Below, in pieces: positions 31,712-42,598 of a stretch of DNA of 64,000 bases. Source of the DNA: Fibrobacteria bacterium (GTDB taxonomy: Bacteria; Fibrobacterota; Fibrobacteria; UBA11236). Position numbers and translations under genes: made by a program. Positions within the stretch are counted from its first letter, which is position 1. Each line of letters starts with the position of its first letter. The notes under the pieces were generated by a model. It saw nothing but the letters and a program-made list of their open reading frames with translations, ran no database searches and was not told where the DNA came from. The stretch spans positions 64,001 to 128,000 of the forward strand of contig JAYTSD010000017.1 of the NCBI GenBank assembly GCA_043745805.1, read 5' to 3'.

Positions 31712-32449
31712 TTATTCTATATCCTCAGCATCAGTATCCTCAACACCTTCTTCTTCGGTATCTTCACCACCTTCAGGAGCTGTAGTCGCCTCTAAGTCAA
31801 AGAGTCGTTTGAGGGGAATTATTTTCAAACCCTTTTTAGGATCTACTGCATCCGACATTTTATCGGCGGCAAAACCTATTAATAAAGGATGTTCAGGATG
31901 ATTAATTACGGCTTTTACAAAAGGAGAACTGCTGAAACCTGGCATTAAAAAATTGACTACATAAGTATCAAAGTCAACTTCTTCCATCATTTCATGAGCT
32001 TCTTCTGGGTCATCCGCTTCTTCAATTTCAGCATTAGGCAAAATTTGGCGAATGATGGTAACCGTTTCTTTACGGCGTGGGCATTCTTCATCAACAACCA
32101 AAATGGTTCTATCAGAAGTATCAGTGGGTATTAGATTAGTTTCTAGAGACATATCCTCAAGATCGAGGTCCTCCTCGCCAAACAGTTCTTTTTCGTTCGG
32201 CATTTTTATATCGTCTTCAATTTCTTTTTTACGCGTATCGAATTTTTCGATTAAGATGTCCGCGCTTATCTTTTGAATGTCGATGGAGTCTTCAAATTCC
32301 AAAGGAACAGGTTTTTTAGCATTCTTGCTTTCTTTATTTTCTTTTAGTGGCTTGGCATTTTTTCCATCCCCAGCATCGGCACTATTGGCTTTTGCTTTGG
32401 ATTTGGAGGAAGGTTCTTTTGAATCATTATTAGCTTTGGACTTATCCAT
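31712..32449 (-). CDS. Atypical receiver-like domain protein with charged disordered tails
   Basis: TILVVDEE...DPEEAHEMM..VDFDTYVVNFLMPG follows the REC pattern with N at the phospho-Asp position; Lys-rich N-terminus and acidic C-terminus. Confidence 0.6.
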   Translation of the reverse strand: MDKSKANNDSKEPSSKSKAKANSADAGDGKNAKPLKENKESKNAKKPVPLEFEDSIDIQKISADILIEKFDTRKKEIEDDIKMPNEKELFGEEDLDLEDMSLETNLIPTDTSDRTILVVDEECPRRKETVTIIRQILPNAEIEEADDPEEAHEMMEEVDFDTYVVNFLMPGFSSSPFVKAVINHPEHPLLIGFAADKMSDAVDPKKGLKIIPLKRLFDLEATTAPEGGEDTEEEGVEDTDAEDIE

Positions 32450-32536
32450 GCTTAGGCTCCAGCAAGTTTGGGGTATAAATATGCAAAAAAGATAGGGGAG
32501 AGAGCGGTTAAATTTTAAGGGATATTTTTAATCGTC

Positions 32537-34051
32537 TCATTTTGACATGAGTGCTTCTATTTCTAGGACTTCTTTAGGAATATGAGCCGACATATTGCGG
32601 CAGCCTTTGGTGGTAATCAGTAAATTGTCTTCAATACGAATGCCAATCCACTCCGAATATTTAACACCGGCTATAATCATTTCAAAATAACCATACAAAC
32701 CTGGTTCACTGGATATCATCCACCCTATCTGTAAGGGATAATCTTGATAGAGGCGATGCGGATCTCCATCATGTTCTTGCTCACCCATCAAATGCGAAAC
32801 ACCATGCGGTTGAAGGTTATAGGAGCGCTTTGCTTTCCCACCTTTCTCGAAAAAATCACTTTGGAGTTTCTCTTCAAGGAATAGCCATACCTTTTTATTT
32901 AGTTCGCGTATGGTTGCATTGGGACAAACATTTTTTTGATTTTCAAGTTGCGCGGCCAAGACCACATTATAAAGCAATTTTTGCAAAGGATTATAGCGAC
33001 CCGAAGCGGGAATAGTACGGGAAATATCGGCATGCATGGTTCCAAAGCGTACGCCAAAATCCAGCAATATCAGGCCTTTAGGGTCCAGTGCTTCATCATT
33101 TTTTAAATAATGCAAAACCGTTGCGTTTTTTCCGGAAGCGATAATACTGGGGAAACTTAATCCAAAGGGACTACGTTTTTTCATTGCATATTCAATGTAA
33201 CAAGCCACTTCATTTTCATTATGGCAATTTTTTATTTCTTGTAAGGTGTCGCGAAAAGCCTGATGCGTGTGCTCCGTAGCCCATTCCACATCTTTAACTT
33301 GGAATTTTTCCAAAGGCAATCGTAAAGCAAAATGTGGCTCTATCCAAGTATTTATAGCAAATTTTTTGGTTGAAGCAAGGCGACTTAATTTTTCCAAGTA
33401 TTCTTTAAATACCCAATTATAATCGGATTTTGTTTCCAAAATTTTGGGTGGTTTTTTTTCGGTCTTGGGTTTTTGTTTTGAATCGCTTTTCGAGTTTGTT
33501 TTAGATTCCGATTTCGGTTCAAATTTTTGACTGGTATTGGGATAAGAATGAAATAGAGTATAGGCAAAACCTTTTTTATTCGCCTTCACTAACTTTTGAA
33601 AATAGGCGACAAAGTCCTGTATAGGTTTTACACAAGTTATTCCAGTTAAGGTGGTTATAGCAGATTTATCTTCGGCATAACTGTCGGAATTAGCCTTGGC
33701 TAATCCTAAACGTACGCCATCCCAAAATTCTTTTTTGGGATCTTTTTGCGGTACAAAGAGAATTTCTTTTTCATCTTTGCTAAATGGGTTCAAAATCAAA
33801 ATGATTTGGGTTTGGTTGATGCCGGTAAGATGCATGAGCGCAGGCTCTTGGAAAATACGTAGGCCGCTCATTACCCATAAATGTTCGGCTCCTGGTTCAC
33901 GAGGTAACCCAGAAAATACTGCAAAGCTATCTAGTTTAGCTAAGTGCGCTTTACGTCTTTGGATTAAAATTTGTGGCATGGTACTTCCCGCCGTGCCTAT
34001 TGGAAAAACTTGGGAATATTTTTTCAGTAAGGCAGGGGAAGGTTTAAGCAT
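32537..34051 (-). CDS. pepP: Xaa-Pro aminopeptidase (M24B)
   Basis: ATVLHY, LLDFG...ADISRT, HGVSHLMG..EHD, SEPGLY, GIRIEDN. Confidence 0.9.
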   Translation of the reverse strand: MLKPSPALLKKYSQVFPIGTAGSTMPQILIQRRKAHLAKLDSFAVFSGLPREPGAEHLWVMSGLRIFQEPALMHLTGINQTQIILILNPFSKDEKEILFVPQKDPKKEFWDGVRLGLAKANSDSYAEDKSAITTLTGITCVKPIQDFVAYFQKLVKANKKGFAYTLFHSYPNTSQKFEPKSESKTNSKSDSKQKPKTEKKPPKILETKSDYNWVFKEYLEKLSRLASTKKFAINTWIEPHFALRLPLEKFQVKDVEWATEHTHQAFRDTLQEIKNCHNENEVACYIEYAMKKRSPFGLSFPSIIASGKNATVLHYLKNDEALDPKGLILLDFGVRFGTMHADISRTIPASGRYNPLQKLLYNVVLAAQLENQKNVCPNATIRELNKKVWLFLEEKLQSDFFEKGGKAKRSYNLQPHGVSHLMGEQEHDGDPHRLYQDYPLQIGWMISSEPGLYGYFEMIIAGVKYSEWIGIRIEDNLLITTKGCRNMSAHIPKEVLEIEALMSK

Positions 34052-34059
34052 GGAATTAA

Positions 34060-34665
34060 TTACCAACCTGAGACATACGGTAAGCCCTGGGCGACCAATT
34101 CAATTTCATTCTGAGCAAGTAACAATTCATTCAAAGCGTTCCAACGCCCAGTGAGAAATTGCGTTTTCACTCCCAAGGGAATTTCGCATGGTTCGCTGAT
34201 AGGGCCTTTGACTGTGGAGGTGATTAAATCAACTTCCCAATTTGCTGCAGGATTTTGGCTTAAAGCGGCCACCAATTTATCTATAGACTCTTCGGTTACG
34301 GTAACGCATGGGATACCTAAGGAAACACAATTGCCATAAAATATTTCGGCAAAGGATTCACCCACAATGGCTTTGATTCCCCAACGCATAAGGGCTTGAG
34401 GGGCATGTTCACGCGACGATCCGCAGCCAAAATTTTTGTTCACAAAAAGAATCGAAGCCCCTTGATTTTGAGGTTTATCAAAGGCATGCAAATCGCCTTT
34501 CACTTTTAATTGGGCGCGATCATCTTCAAATGCATGTTCCCCAAGGCCATCGAATACTACGCAGCGTAAAAAACGTGCAGGGATAATGCGGTCGGTGTCT
34601 ATATCATTACCATTTACGGCAACGGCTTTTCCAGTAACTTTATTGACTATAGCTTGTGCTGTCAT
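34060..34665 (-). CDS. leuD: 3-isopropylmalate dehydratase small subunit
   Basis: DIDTDRIIPARFL, NFGCGSSREHAP, SFAEIFYGN. Confidence 0.97.
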   Translation of the reverse strand: MTAQAIVNKVTGKAVAVNGNDIDTDRIIPARFLRCVVFDGLGEHAFEDDRAQLKVKGDLHAFDKPQNQGASILFVNKNFGCGSSREHAPQALMRWGIKAIVGESFAEIFYGNCVSLGIPCVTVTEESIDKLVAALSQNPAANWEVDLITSTVKGPISEPCEIPLGVKTQFLTGRWNALNELLLAQNEIELVAQGLPYVSGW

Positions 34666-34696
34666 AATTTTATCCTTTTATTTCCCTAAACTTTAG

Positions 34697-36139
34697 TTAA
34701 ACTACCGATGCATAGGCGGGTTCAAAAACAACACGTGAATCCGCTACACTACCCGAAATAGCAGCCGCCGCAGCCATAGCTGGGCTCATTAATAAGGTTC
34801 TGCCTAAGGATGAGCCTTGACGACCTTTAAAGTTGCGATTGGAGGTGGAAGCGCAAAGCTGACGACCGGATAATTTATCAGGGTTCATCGCTAAGCACAT
34901 AGAACAGCCCGGTTCGCGCCATTCAAAACCAGCCTCTAAAAATATTTCTTTCAAGCCAATTGCTTCAGCCGCTTTTTGCACGGCTTCGGATCCAGGAACT
35001 ATTAAAGCTTGCACATTAGGGGCTACATGATGGCCTTTGACTAAGCGTGCGGCTTCTTGTAAATCGGATAAGCGTCCATTGGTACAGGAACCAATGAATA
35101 CCACATCCACTGGAAGTCCGAGTAAACTTTGACCTTCGGAAACTGACATATATTCAAAAGCTTCTTTAACCAAGCTTTGTTCGGAAATAGGGAATGCCGA
35201 GAGAGCTGGGATAGTCTGACTGATACCTACACTTTGACTAGGCGTGATACCCCAAGTTACAAAGGGTTCGATGTCTTCACCTTTGAGAACCACTATATCA
35301 TCATATTCCGCATCGGGATCCGAAGCAGTGGATTTCCAATAGGCCAAGGCTTTGTCCCATTCGCTATCCTTTGGCGCATAGGGGCGACCTTTTAAATAAG
35401 CATAAGTTTTCTCATCGGGGTTCACATAACCGGCGCGTGCACCACCTTCAATGGACATATTGCACAAAGTCATGCGCTCTTCCATCGAAAAATTTTCAAT
35501 TACCGAACCAGCATATTCGTAAGCGTGACCTACGCCACCATTTACTCCTAGTTTATGAATAATAGCCAAGATCACATCTTTGGCATATACACCTTTACGT
35601 AACTTACCCGTTACTTCGATTTTACGAACTTTTAATTTGCCCATGCTCATGGTTTGTGTGGCTAAAATATCGGCCACTTGACTGGTTCCAATCCCAAAAG
35701 CTAAGGCGCCAAAAGCACCATGCGTAGAGGTATGGCTATCCCCACAAGCGATGGTTTGTCCAGGTTGGGTTAAACCTAATTCTGGACCAATCACATGGAC
35801 CACGCCTTGTTTACCCGAATCGGGTCCAAAAAAAGGAATGTCTTGCGCCTTGGTGTTTTGTTCAATAGCCACGAACATTTCTTCCGCTAAAGCGTCTTTA
35901 AGCGGCCTTTGTCTGTCCTTGATGCCAGTGGGAATAATATGATCCACAGTGGCGAAAGTACGCAAAGGATATTTGACTTTTATGCCTCGGTCTTTAAGAA
36001 TTGAAAAGGCTTGGGGAGAGGTGACTTCATGAATTAAATGCAAGCCAATAAAAAGTTGATATTGTCCCGAAGGCAACTTTTGTACGGTATGTTTATCGAA
36101 AACTTTATGGTAAAGACTTTTACCCATTGTTTGTCCCAT
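34697..36139 (-). CDS. leuC: 3-isopropylmalate dehydratase large subunit
   Basis: [51 protein letters not shown]. Confidence 0.98.
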   Translation of the reverse strand: MGQTMGKSLYHKVFDKHTVQKLPSGQYQLFIGLHLIHEVTSPQAFSILKDRGIKVKYPLRTFATVDHIIPTGIKDRQRPLKDALAEEMFVAIEQNTKAQDIPFFGPDSGKQGVVHVIGPELGLTQPGQTIACGDSHTSTHGAFGALAFGIGTSQVADILATQTMSMGKLKVRKIEVTGKLRKGVYAKDVILAIIHKLGVNGGVGHAYEYAGSVIENFSMEERMTLCNMSIEGGARAGYVNPDEKTYAYLKGRPYAPKDSEWDKALAYWKSTASDPDAEYDDIVVLKGEDIEPFVTWGITPSQSVGISQTIPALSAFPISEQSLVKEAFEYMSVSEGQSLLGLPVDVVFIGSCTNGRLSDLQEAARLVKGHHVAPNVQALIVPGSEAVQKAAEAIGLKEIFLEAGFEWREPGCSMCLAMNPDKLSGRQLCASTSNRNFKGRQGSSLGRTLLMSPAMAAAAAISGSVADSRVVFEPAYASVV

Positions 36140-36161
36140 GGTTAATGATTTTTAAAATGTA

Positions 36162-36659
36162 TTAAATCGAATCGTGGAGCGCGCTTAGGATTTTCTCTTC
36201 GAGCTCTTCTTCGGGGTGTAATCCCACAATTTTTGCCTTAAACTTTTGATCTTTCCCAACTAAAAAGGAAGTCGGCAAACCTTCAATGCCACCAAATTGC
36301 TTGGTCAATTCTTCCGAACCAATGAGCAACGGATAGTTTATACCCATTTCTTGCGCTATCGCTTTCACTTTTGCGCCTTCAGGATCATCGACATTAATGG
36401 CTAATACCGAAAAATTTTGGGCTTTAAATTTCTCATGAAGTTTAATCAAGCTAGGAATTTCCATTTGACAAGGTCCACACCATGTGGCCCAGAAAACGAT
36501 TAGGCTTACGCGACTTTCCTTGCTCTTAAGAGAAACACTTTCGCCATTATACGTTTGCAGAATTAAATCCGGTACTTCACCGGAGATTGCATTTTTGCTA
36601 ACCTGGCAATTCCAAAAGCAAGTACAAAGAATTAGTAAAAAGGAGAGACGATAAAACAA
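36162..36659 (-). CDS. TlpA/ResA-like thiol-disulfide oxidoreductase (exported or lipoprotein)
   Basis: FWATWCGPC, GLPTSF; N-terminal hydrophobic segment with Cys. Confidence 0.9.
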   Translation of the reverse strand: MFYRLSFLLILCTCFWNCQVSKNAISGEVPDLILQTYNGESVSLKSKESRVSLIVFWATWCGPCQMEIPSLIKLHEKFKAQNFSVLAINVDDPEGAKVKAIAQEMGINYPLLIGSEELTKQFGGIEGLPTSFLVGKDQKFKAKIVGLHPEEELEEKILSALHDSI

Positions 36660-36780
36660 AAGACTCCTGAAAGTGGCATATCCTGTGGATGTGTTTTACA
36701 ATATATAAAAATATAAAAGCTCTGAAACAAAAAGGCAGAGTTAAAAGTTCGCATGAATTTCGGACTTTGAGGAAAAACAG

Positions 36781-38484
36781 TTGGCAGAAAAACTTGGTGA
36801 AATTTTATTACGTGATGGCATTGTTGCTCCCGAGCAATTAGATAAAGCCTTAAAGGCCCAAGCAGCACATGGCGGAAGTTTAGGCGAACATTTGGTAAGT
36901 GTGGGTGCGATTGCTACGGTAGACGATATAGTTTGGCAGCTTGCTGAGCAACTGAATACCAAAGTGGTGAATGTCGCTGAAATAGATATTCCTGCCTCGG
37001 TCATTTCCTTAGTTCCCGAAGAAATGGTTATGAAATACGGTGTTATACCGGTTCAACGGGAAGATAAGCTTATTCATATTGTAATTGCCGACCCCAAAAA
37101 TGTGTTCGTCAGCGAGGCCATTAAGTTTTTAACGGGCTGCCAAGTGCGGGTATGGTTGACTCCCGAAAGTCAGCTCAAAAAGGCCATGGAAAAATATTAT
37201 TTGTCCAATGTGAATTCGGGCGAAATGAAAAATATTTTGCAGGATGTAGAAGAGAGTTCCATTGAAGTCGATCAAAATACCGAGGATTTAGACGAGGCTG
37301 GTAGCGAATACCAAGTTATGGAAGCCCCACTTGTCCGCTTGGTAAATAAATTTATTTCGGATGCTATTAAATTAAGAGCTTCAGATATTCATGTAGAGAC
37401 CTATGAAAAATCAGTGCGCGTGCGCTATCGTATTGATGGTAATTTAAACGAATCCACTAATTTGCCTTACAAATTAAAAGGGGCCGTAGTTTCGCGTTTA
37501 AAAATTATGGCCAATCTCGATATTTCCGAACGACGCCTGCCTCAAGATGGGCGTATAAAAATTCATATTGGCAAAAAAAAATATGATTTGCGCGTAAGCA
37601 CATTGCCCACTATTTATGGTGAAAAAGTTGTAATGCGTATTTTGGATCAAGACAATTTAAACTTGGATTTAGCCAAAATTGGTTTTTCGGAAAAAAGCTT
37701 GCGTGATTTTAATGATGCTTTAGGCTCTCCCTTTGGAATGATTTTAGTAACGGGACCAACCGGATCTGGTAAATCCACTACGCTTTATTCGGCCTTACAA
37801 TCGGTCAATAAACCGGATATAAATATTATGACTGCAGAAGATCCCGTGGAATACAATTTGGAGGGCATTAATCAAGTGCAAGTCAATGGAGATATTGGAC
37901 TTACTTTTGCCTCGGCTTTAAAATCCTTTTTACGGCAAGATCCCGATGTTATCATGGTTGGTGAAATACGTGATTTGGAAACGGCGCAAATAGCTACCAA
38001 GGCTGCATTAACAGGACATTTAGTTTTAAGCACCTTACATACTAACGATGCGCCCAGCACGGTGACACGCATGTGCGATATGGGCATTGAACCTTTTTTA
38101 ATTGCAACTTCGGTGCGTATAGTAGTGGCGCAAAGATTAATGCGGAAAATTTGTGTCAATTGCAAAACCTTAGATCCCAATCCCAATCCCGAATTTATTC
38201 GCTTGCTGGAAATAACTGATGAAGAAGCAAAAAATATTCAGTTCTTTCATGGCAAAGGCTGTAGTACATGCTCAGGCTTAGGGACTAAGGGGCGTTTAGC
38301 CATTCATCAAGTGATGCCCATATCCAATGCTATTCGCCAGCTTATTGTGGACCGAGCTACTGCGGATGAAATTGAAAAAGTTTCCATTGGCGAAGGGGTA
38401 TTTAATTTACGTATGTCGGCTATCGAGCAATTTAAAAAGGGGATAGTTAGTGCACAAGAAGTGATAAAAACTACCAAAACATAA
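36781..38484 (+). CDS. pilB: Type IV pilus assembly ATPase
   Basis: ASDIH, ERRLPQDGR, GPTGSGKSTT, LRQDPD, GHLVLSTLHTN, CxxC...CxxC; N-terminal MshEN-like motifs. Confidence 0.95.
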   Translation: MAEKLGEILLRDGIVAPEQLDKALKAQAAHGGSLGEHLVSVGAIATVDDIVWQLAEQLNTKVVNVAEIDIPASVISLVPEEMVMKYGVIPVQREDKLIHIVIADPKNVFVSEAIKFLTGCQVRVWLTPESQLKKAMEKYYLSNVNSGEMKNILQDVEESSIEVDQNTEDLDEAGSEYQVMEAPLVRLVNKFISDAIKLRASDIHVETYEKSVRVRYRIDGNLNESTNLPYKLKGAVVSRLKIMANLDISERRLPQDGRIKIHIGKKKYDLRVSTLPTIYGEKVVMRILDQDNLNLDLAKIGFSEKSLRDFNDALGSPFGMILVTGPTGSGKSTTLYSALQSVNKPDINIMTAEDPVEYNLEGINQVQVNGDIGLTFASALKSFLRQDPDVIMVGEIRDLETAQIATKAALTGHLVLSTLHTNDAPSTVTRMCDMGIEPFLIATSVRIVVAQRLMRKICVNCKTLDPNPNPEFIRLLEITDEEAKNIQFFHGKGCSTCSGLGTKGRLAIHQVMPISNAIRQLIVDRATADEIEKVSIGEGVFNLRMSAIEQFKKGIVSAQEVIKTTKT

Positions 38485-38527
38485 TTTTTTCACTATATAT
38501 TTGTGTGTTCGATTATAGGCAGGTTAA

Positions 38528-39592
38528 ATGGTAAATATTCAAGAACTCCTCAATAAAATGATAGAGCTCGGGGCTTCCGATTTACATATTACACAAGGTA
38601 AACCTCCATTATTTCGGGTGCATGGAAATTTACGTGCTGCGATGCAAGACGCCTTAAATGCTGAGGATTGTATACGTATTTCGTATAGCGTTATGAATGA
38701 AGCGCAACGCAAAAATTTTGAACATAAAAAGGAATATGATTTTTCTTTTGGCATTAATAGCTTAGCCCGTTTTCGCGCTAATGTTTTTATGCAACGTGGC
38801 ACGGTGGCGATGGCCATACGTTTAATCCCCTTTGATATTCTAACCATGGATCAACTAGGCTTGCCAAAAGCGATGGGCGAATTTACCGATAGGCCTACTG
38901 GACTGGTTTTAGTGACTGGACCAACAGGTTCTGGCAAAAGTACCACTTTGGCTGCAATGATTGATAAAATCAATACGGAAATGGAAGGCCATATTTTAAC
39001 CGTAGAAGATCCAATTGAATTTGTCCATAAACATAAGCGTTGCATTATTAATCAAAGAGAAGTTCGTTCCGATACAGAAAGCTTTAGTTCGGCTTTAAGA
39101 GTGGCTTTACGTCAAGATCCTGATGTAGTTTTGATTGGAGAAATGCGCGATACTGAAACGATGGCTGCGGCATTATCGATTGCTGAAACCGGACATTTAA
39201 CTTTAGCTACTTTACATACTAATTCCTGCGCACAAACAATTAATCGTATTGTAGATGCTTTTCCGGCGGGAGAAAAATCACAAATTCGTACCCAACTCTC
39301 TTTTGTATTACAAGGTGTCATAAGCCAAAATTTGATTCCTAAAATTGGTGGTGGGCGGGTTTTGGCTTATGAAATAATGACCATAACTCCAGCGATACGC
39401 TCTATGATTCGCGATGATAAAATTCATCAAATCCAAAGTTCTATTGAAGCGGGTCAAAAATTTGGAATGAATACTATGAATGCTAAATTGGTTGAGTTGG
39501 TGCAAACTCGTAAAGTAGAACGCAATGAAGCGCTTAGCCGTTCTCCCGATCCTGAACATTTTGAGCGTTTATTAGCAGGTAATTTTCGTTAG
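38528..39592 (+). CDS. pilT: Type IV pilus retraction ATPase
   Basis: ASDLH, GPTGSGKSTT, EDPIEF, LRQDPD, AIRSMIRD (AIRNLIRE-like). Confidence 0.96.
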   Translation: MVNIQELLNKMIELGASDLHITQGKPPLFRVHGNLRAAMQDALNAEDCIRISYSVMNEAQRKNFEHKKEYDFSFGINSLARFRANVFMQRGTVAMAIRLIPFDILTMDQLGLPKAMGEFTDRPTGLVLVTGPTGSGKSTTLAAMIDKINTEMEGHILTVEDPIEFVHKHKRCIINQREVRSDTESFSSALRVALRQDPDVVLIGEMRDTETMAAALSIAETGHLTLATLHTNSCAQTINRIVDAFPAGEKSQIRTQLSFVLQGVISQNLIPKIGGGRVLAYEIMTITPAIRSMIRDDKIHQIQSSIEAGQKFGMNTMNAKLVELVQTRKVERNEALSRSPDPEHFERLLAGNFR

Positions 39593-39638
39593 TGAGAGCT
39601 AATGCTTAAGCAAGTTAGGTATGAATTAAAGGAATACA

Positions 39639-40838
39639 ATGGCAAAGTGGTTATATAAAGGCCGAACGGCAAATGGTAAAGAAGTCAGTGGTGAATTTGA
39701 AGCCAATAGTAAAGAAGATGCAGAAAATCTTTTAAGAAAAAAACGCGTTCGGGTTAGTCAAATCAAAAAGAAGCCGATGGCTATGAATTTTAATATGAAC
39801 AAAGGTGTTCCGCTTAAAATTTTAGCCCGTTTCACCCGTCAATTTTCGGCTATGACTTCAGCCGGCTTACCTTTAATTCAATGCTTAGATATTCTACAAG
39901 AACAAACCGAAAATGAAAATTTAAAAGTTGCGGTAAAACAAGTAGCATCGGATATTCAAGGAGGTGGCACATTAGCCGATTCTTTAAATAAACATCGCGC
40001 CATCTTCTCAGAGCTTTATTGTCAAATGATAGCAGCCGGTGAAGCCGGTGGTATTTTGGATACCATTCTTTTAAGGCTTGCAGAATATCAAGAAAAAGCC
40101 GAAGCTTTGCGACGTAAAATTAAAGGCGCTATGACCTATCCTATTATTGTAGGTGTAGTGGCTATGGCTGCCGTGGCTATTTTAATGATTTTTGTGGTAC
40201 CCATTTTTACCGGGATGTTTTCCGAAAGTGGTGCAAAGTTACCGTTACCCACACGTATCGTTGTGGGGATCAGTGATTTTATACGCCATTGGATTTTAGG
40301 TATTGGCGCGGGCATAGGTTTGGGTATTGTGGCATTTAAAAAATATGTAAAGACAGATGCCGGCGCTTTGAGATTCGATAAAATTTTATTGAATGCGCCG
40401 GTATTTGGGGATTTGGAAAGAAAATCTTGCATATCACGCTTTACGCGTACCTTAGGAACGCTGTTAAATTCGGGAGTAAGTATTATAGATGCTTTACAAG
40501 TTACGGCTAAAACTGCGGGTAATAAGGTTTTAGAAATGGGTATTTATAAAACCTTAGAGAGTATATCTGGAGGCCAAACCATTGCCGATCCTTTGAAAGC
40601 GACTGGGGTTTTCCCTCCCATGGTGATTCAGATGATTGCGGTGGGTGAACGTACCGGTGGATTATCCGATATGCTTGTGAAAATTTCAGGATTCTATGAT
40701 GATGAAGTGGATGCTGCGGTTGATAACTTAACGGCGATGTTAGAACCTTTGGTGATTGTGGTTTTAGGTAGCATTATTGGTGGCGTACTTGTGGCTATGT
40801 ATTTACCAATGTTTGAAATGGCAGGTACGGTTGGTTAA
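39639..40838 (+). CDS. pilC: Type IV pilus platform protein (T2SSF family)
   Basis: FTRQFSAM..AGLPL, AGEAGGILD, KIKGAMTYP, GERTGGL, EPLVIV..G. Confidence 0.95.
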   Translation: MAKWLYKGRTANGKEVSGEFEANSKEDAENLLRKKRVRVSQIKKKPMAMNFNMNKGVPLKILARFTRQFSAMTSAGLPLIQCLDILQEQTENENLKVAVKQVASDIQGGGTLADSLNKHRAIFSELYCQMIAAGEAGGILDTILLRLAEYQEKAEALRRKIKGAMTYPIIVGVVAMAAVAILMIFVVPIFTGMFSESGAKLPLPTRIVVGISDFIRHWILGIGAGIGLGIVAFKKYVKTDAGALRFDKILLNAPVFGDLERKSCISRFTRTLGTLLNSGVSIIDALQVTAKTAGNKVLEMGIYKTLESISGGQTIADPLKATGVFPPMVIQMIAVGERTGGLSDMLVKISGFYDDEVDAAVDNLTAMLEPLVIVVLGSIIGGVLVAMYLPMFEMAGTVG

Positions 40839-40882
40839 GCATAAGTTTTGATGGCTAATTTTAAGGAATATTTTAATTAGTC

Positions 40883-42598
40883 ATGCTTAAGAACTTTTTT
40901 AGACAAATAGGAAAATTGATTTTTCCTAATACCGAAAGCACTTCGCCTTGGCAAGGGCAATTTCATAAGTTGGATATACTCAGTGTGGTTATTTCACGAG
41001 CCACCTTATTTGGCATATTATTTTGGGTAGCCATATCTTTTGATCACGAAAATATTTTACGCACTTTACTTTTTGTTTATGGTTTATCCACGGTACTTTA
41101 TTTATCGGTATGGATATGGTCCTATCGTACCAAGCGATCTTCGCCCATAGGTGTTCTCCTTTATTTCCAATTTTTCATAGAACTATCCGTTGAAACCACT
41201 ATCTTTTTTTCGGGCGGAGGATTTACTTCCGATTATGGCTTACTTTTTTTACTTACCATTTTAAGTGCGGGTTTGTTTTTCCAATTTTGGGGATCACTTA
41301 TCATTGCGACTTTAGCAGTAGGATTATTAGGCTATTCAGGACTTTTGCATTTAGGGTTGGCAAATCCGTTAGGCATATATTTGCCGAGTTTATCGGTGGA
41401 AACTGTGCAAGTTCGATTTTTTCTATACACAAGTTTATTTTACTTAAGCGCATTACTCTCCTCTCATTTATCTGCGCGACTGATGGCGGCTACCAAAGAA
41501 TTAGCAGGGACTCATGAGGCATTAGATTTATATCAATTTAGTGCCGAAAATATGATGAGCAATTTGCCCAATGGCCTAATATTTTTCGATGCTGCAAATC
41601 TTTTGAAATACACAAATAATCGTAGTGAAGAATTGTTAGGGTTAAAATTAATTGCTGGCATGAGCATACAAGAAGTCTTTAGTGGCATACCTTTTCCTTC
41701 AGAAATAATAGATAGCGTGGAAAAGGAAAAAAGTGATTTCCCATTTACCGAAGTGGAAATATGGCTTTCGGAGGACAGGCCCTTACACGTGCAGCTTAAG
41801 GCTTTAGTGCGCAAAGAAAAGTTTTTGGGAATGATCATTACCTTGATGGATTTTACCCAAGAAAAGCAAATGGAAAAAGCTTTGCTAAAATCGGCGCGTA
41901 TGGCGGCAATTGGGGAAATGTCTGCAAAGATGGCGCATGAAATTCGTAATCCATTAGCCAGTATCAGCGGTTCTGCGCAAATGCTAGAGGACTCTACGGG
42001 TTTGGCAGGTAGTGATGCAAAATTATTGAGTTTAATTATTACGCAATCACAGCGTTTGGATAGAACTTTAACCGGTTTACTTAATTATGCAAAAGATAAA
42101 ACGCCATCTTATAGAAAAGTTTCGGCATTGGCTTTGTTTCGTGAAGTAGAGTCGGTATTGGAAAAAAATCCAAGTTTCAATAAAGATCTTGTTTCTATCA
42201 CACAATTTATAGAAAATGGAGATATTGAGTTTACTAGCGATAAGGATTTAATATTTCAAGTTCTATTGAATATCGCCTTGAATGGATTACAAGCTTTGCT
42301 CGAGGGGAATGGTGTTTTGGAGTTTAGTGCAAAACATTATGAAAAGGGAATTTGTTTTCAACTACGTGATAATGGAATAGGATTGACTCCATTGGAATTA
42401 TCGCGGGCATTTGAGCCTTTTTTTACAACTAAATCTTTTGGAACAGGGTTAGGTTTAGCAACTTGTTTTCATTATGTGCAAAAGCTGGATGGAAATATTA
42501 ACTTAAACTCCACCAAAGGTATCGGAACGGTGGTGACGGTCACATTGCCGAAGAACATTTCTAAAATGGGAATTGTACAGAATGGATATCAAGCATAG
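40883..42598 (+). CDS. pilS: PilS-like membrane sensor histidine kinase (TM, PAS, HisKA, HATPase)
   Basis: Multi-TM N-terminus; AHEIRNPL, QVLLNIALN, DNGIG, FEPFFTTK, GTGLGL; follows pilBTC. Confidence 0.8.
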   Translation: MLKNFFRQIGKLIFPNTESTSPWQGQFHKLDILSVVISRATLFGILFWVAISFDHENILRTLLFVYGLSTVLYLSVWIWSYRTKRSSPIGVLLYFQFFIELSVETTIFFSGGGFTSDYGLLFLLTILSAGLFFQFWGSLIIATLAVGLLGYSGLLHLGLANPLGIYLPSLSVETVQVRFFLYTSLFYLSALLSSHLSARLMAATKELAGTHEALDLYQFSAENMMSNLPNGLIFFDAANLLKYTNNRSEELLGLKLIAGMSIQEVFSGIPFPSEIIDSVEKEKSDFPFTEVEIWLSEDRPLHVQLKALVRKEKFLGMIITLMDFTQEKQMEKALLKSARMAAIGEMSAKMAHEIRNPLASISGSAQMLEDSTGLAGSDAKLLSLIITQSQRLDRTLTGLLNYAKDKTPSYRKVSALALFREVESVLEKNPSFNKDLVSITQFIENGDIEFTSDKDLIFQVLLNIALNGLQALLEGNGVLEFSAKHYEKGICFQLRDNGIGLTPLELSRAFEPFFTTKSFGTGLGLATCFHYVQKLDGNINLNSTKGIGTVVTVTLPKNISKMGIVQNGYQA

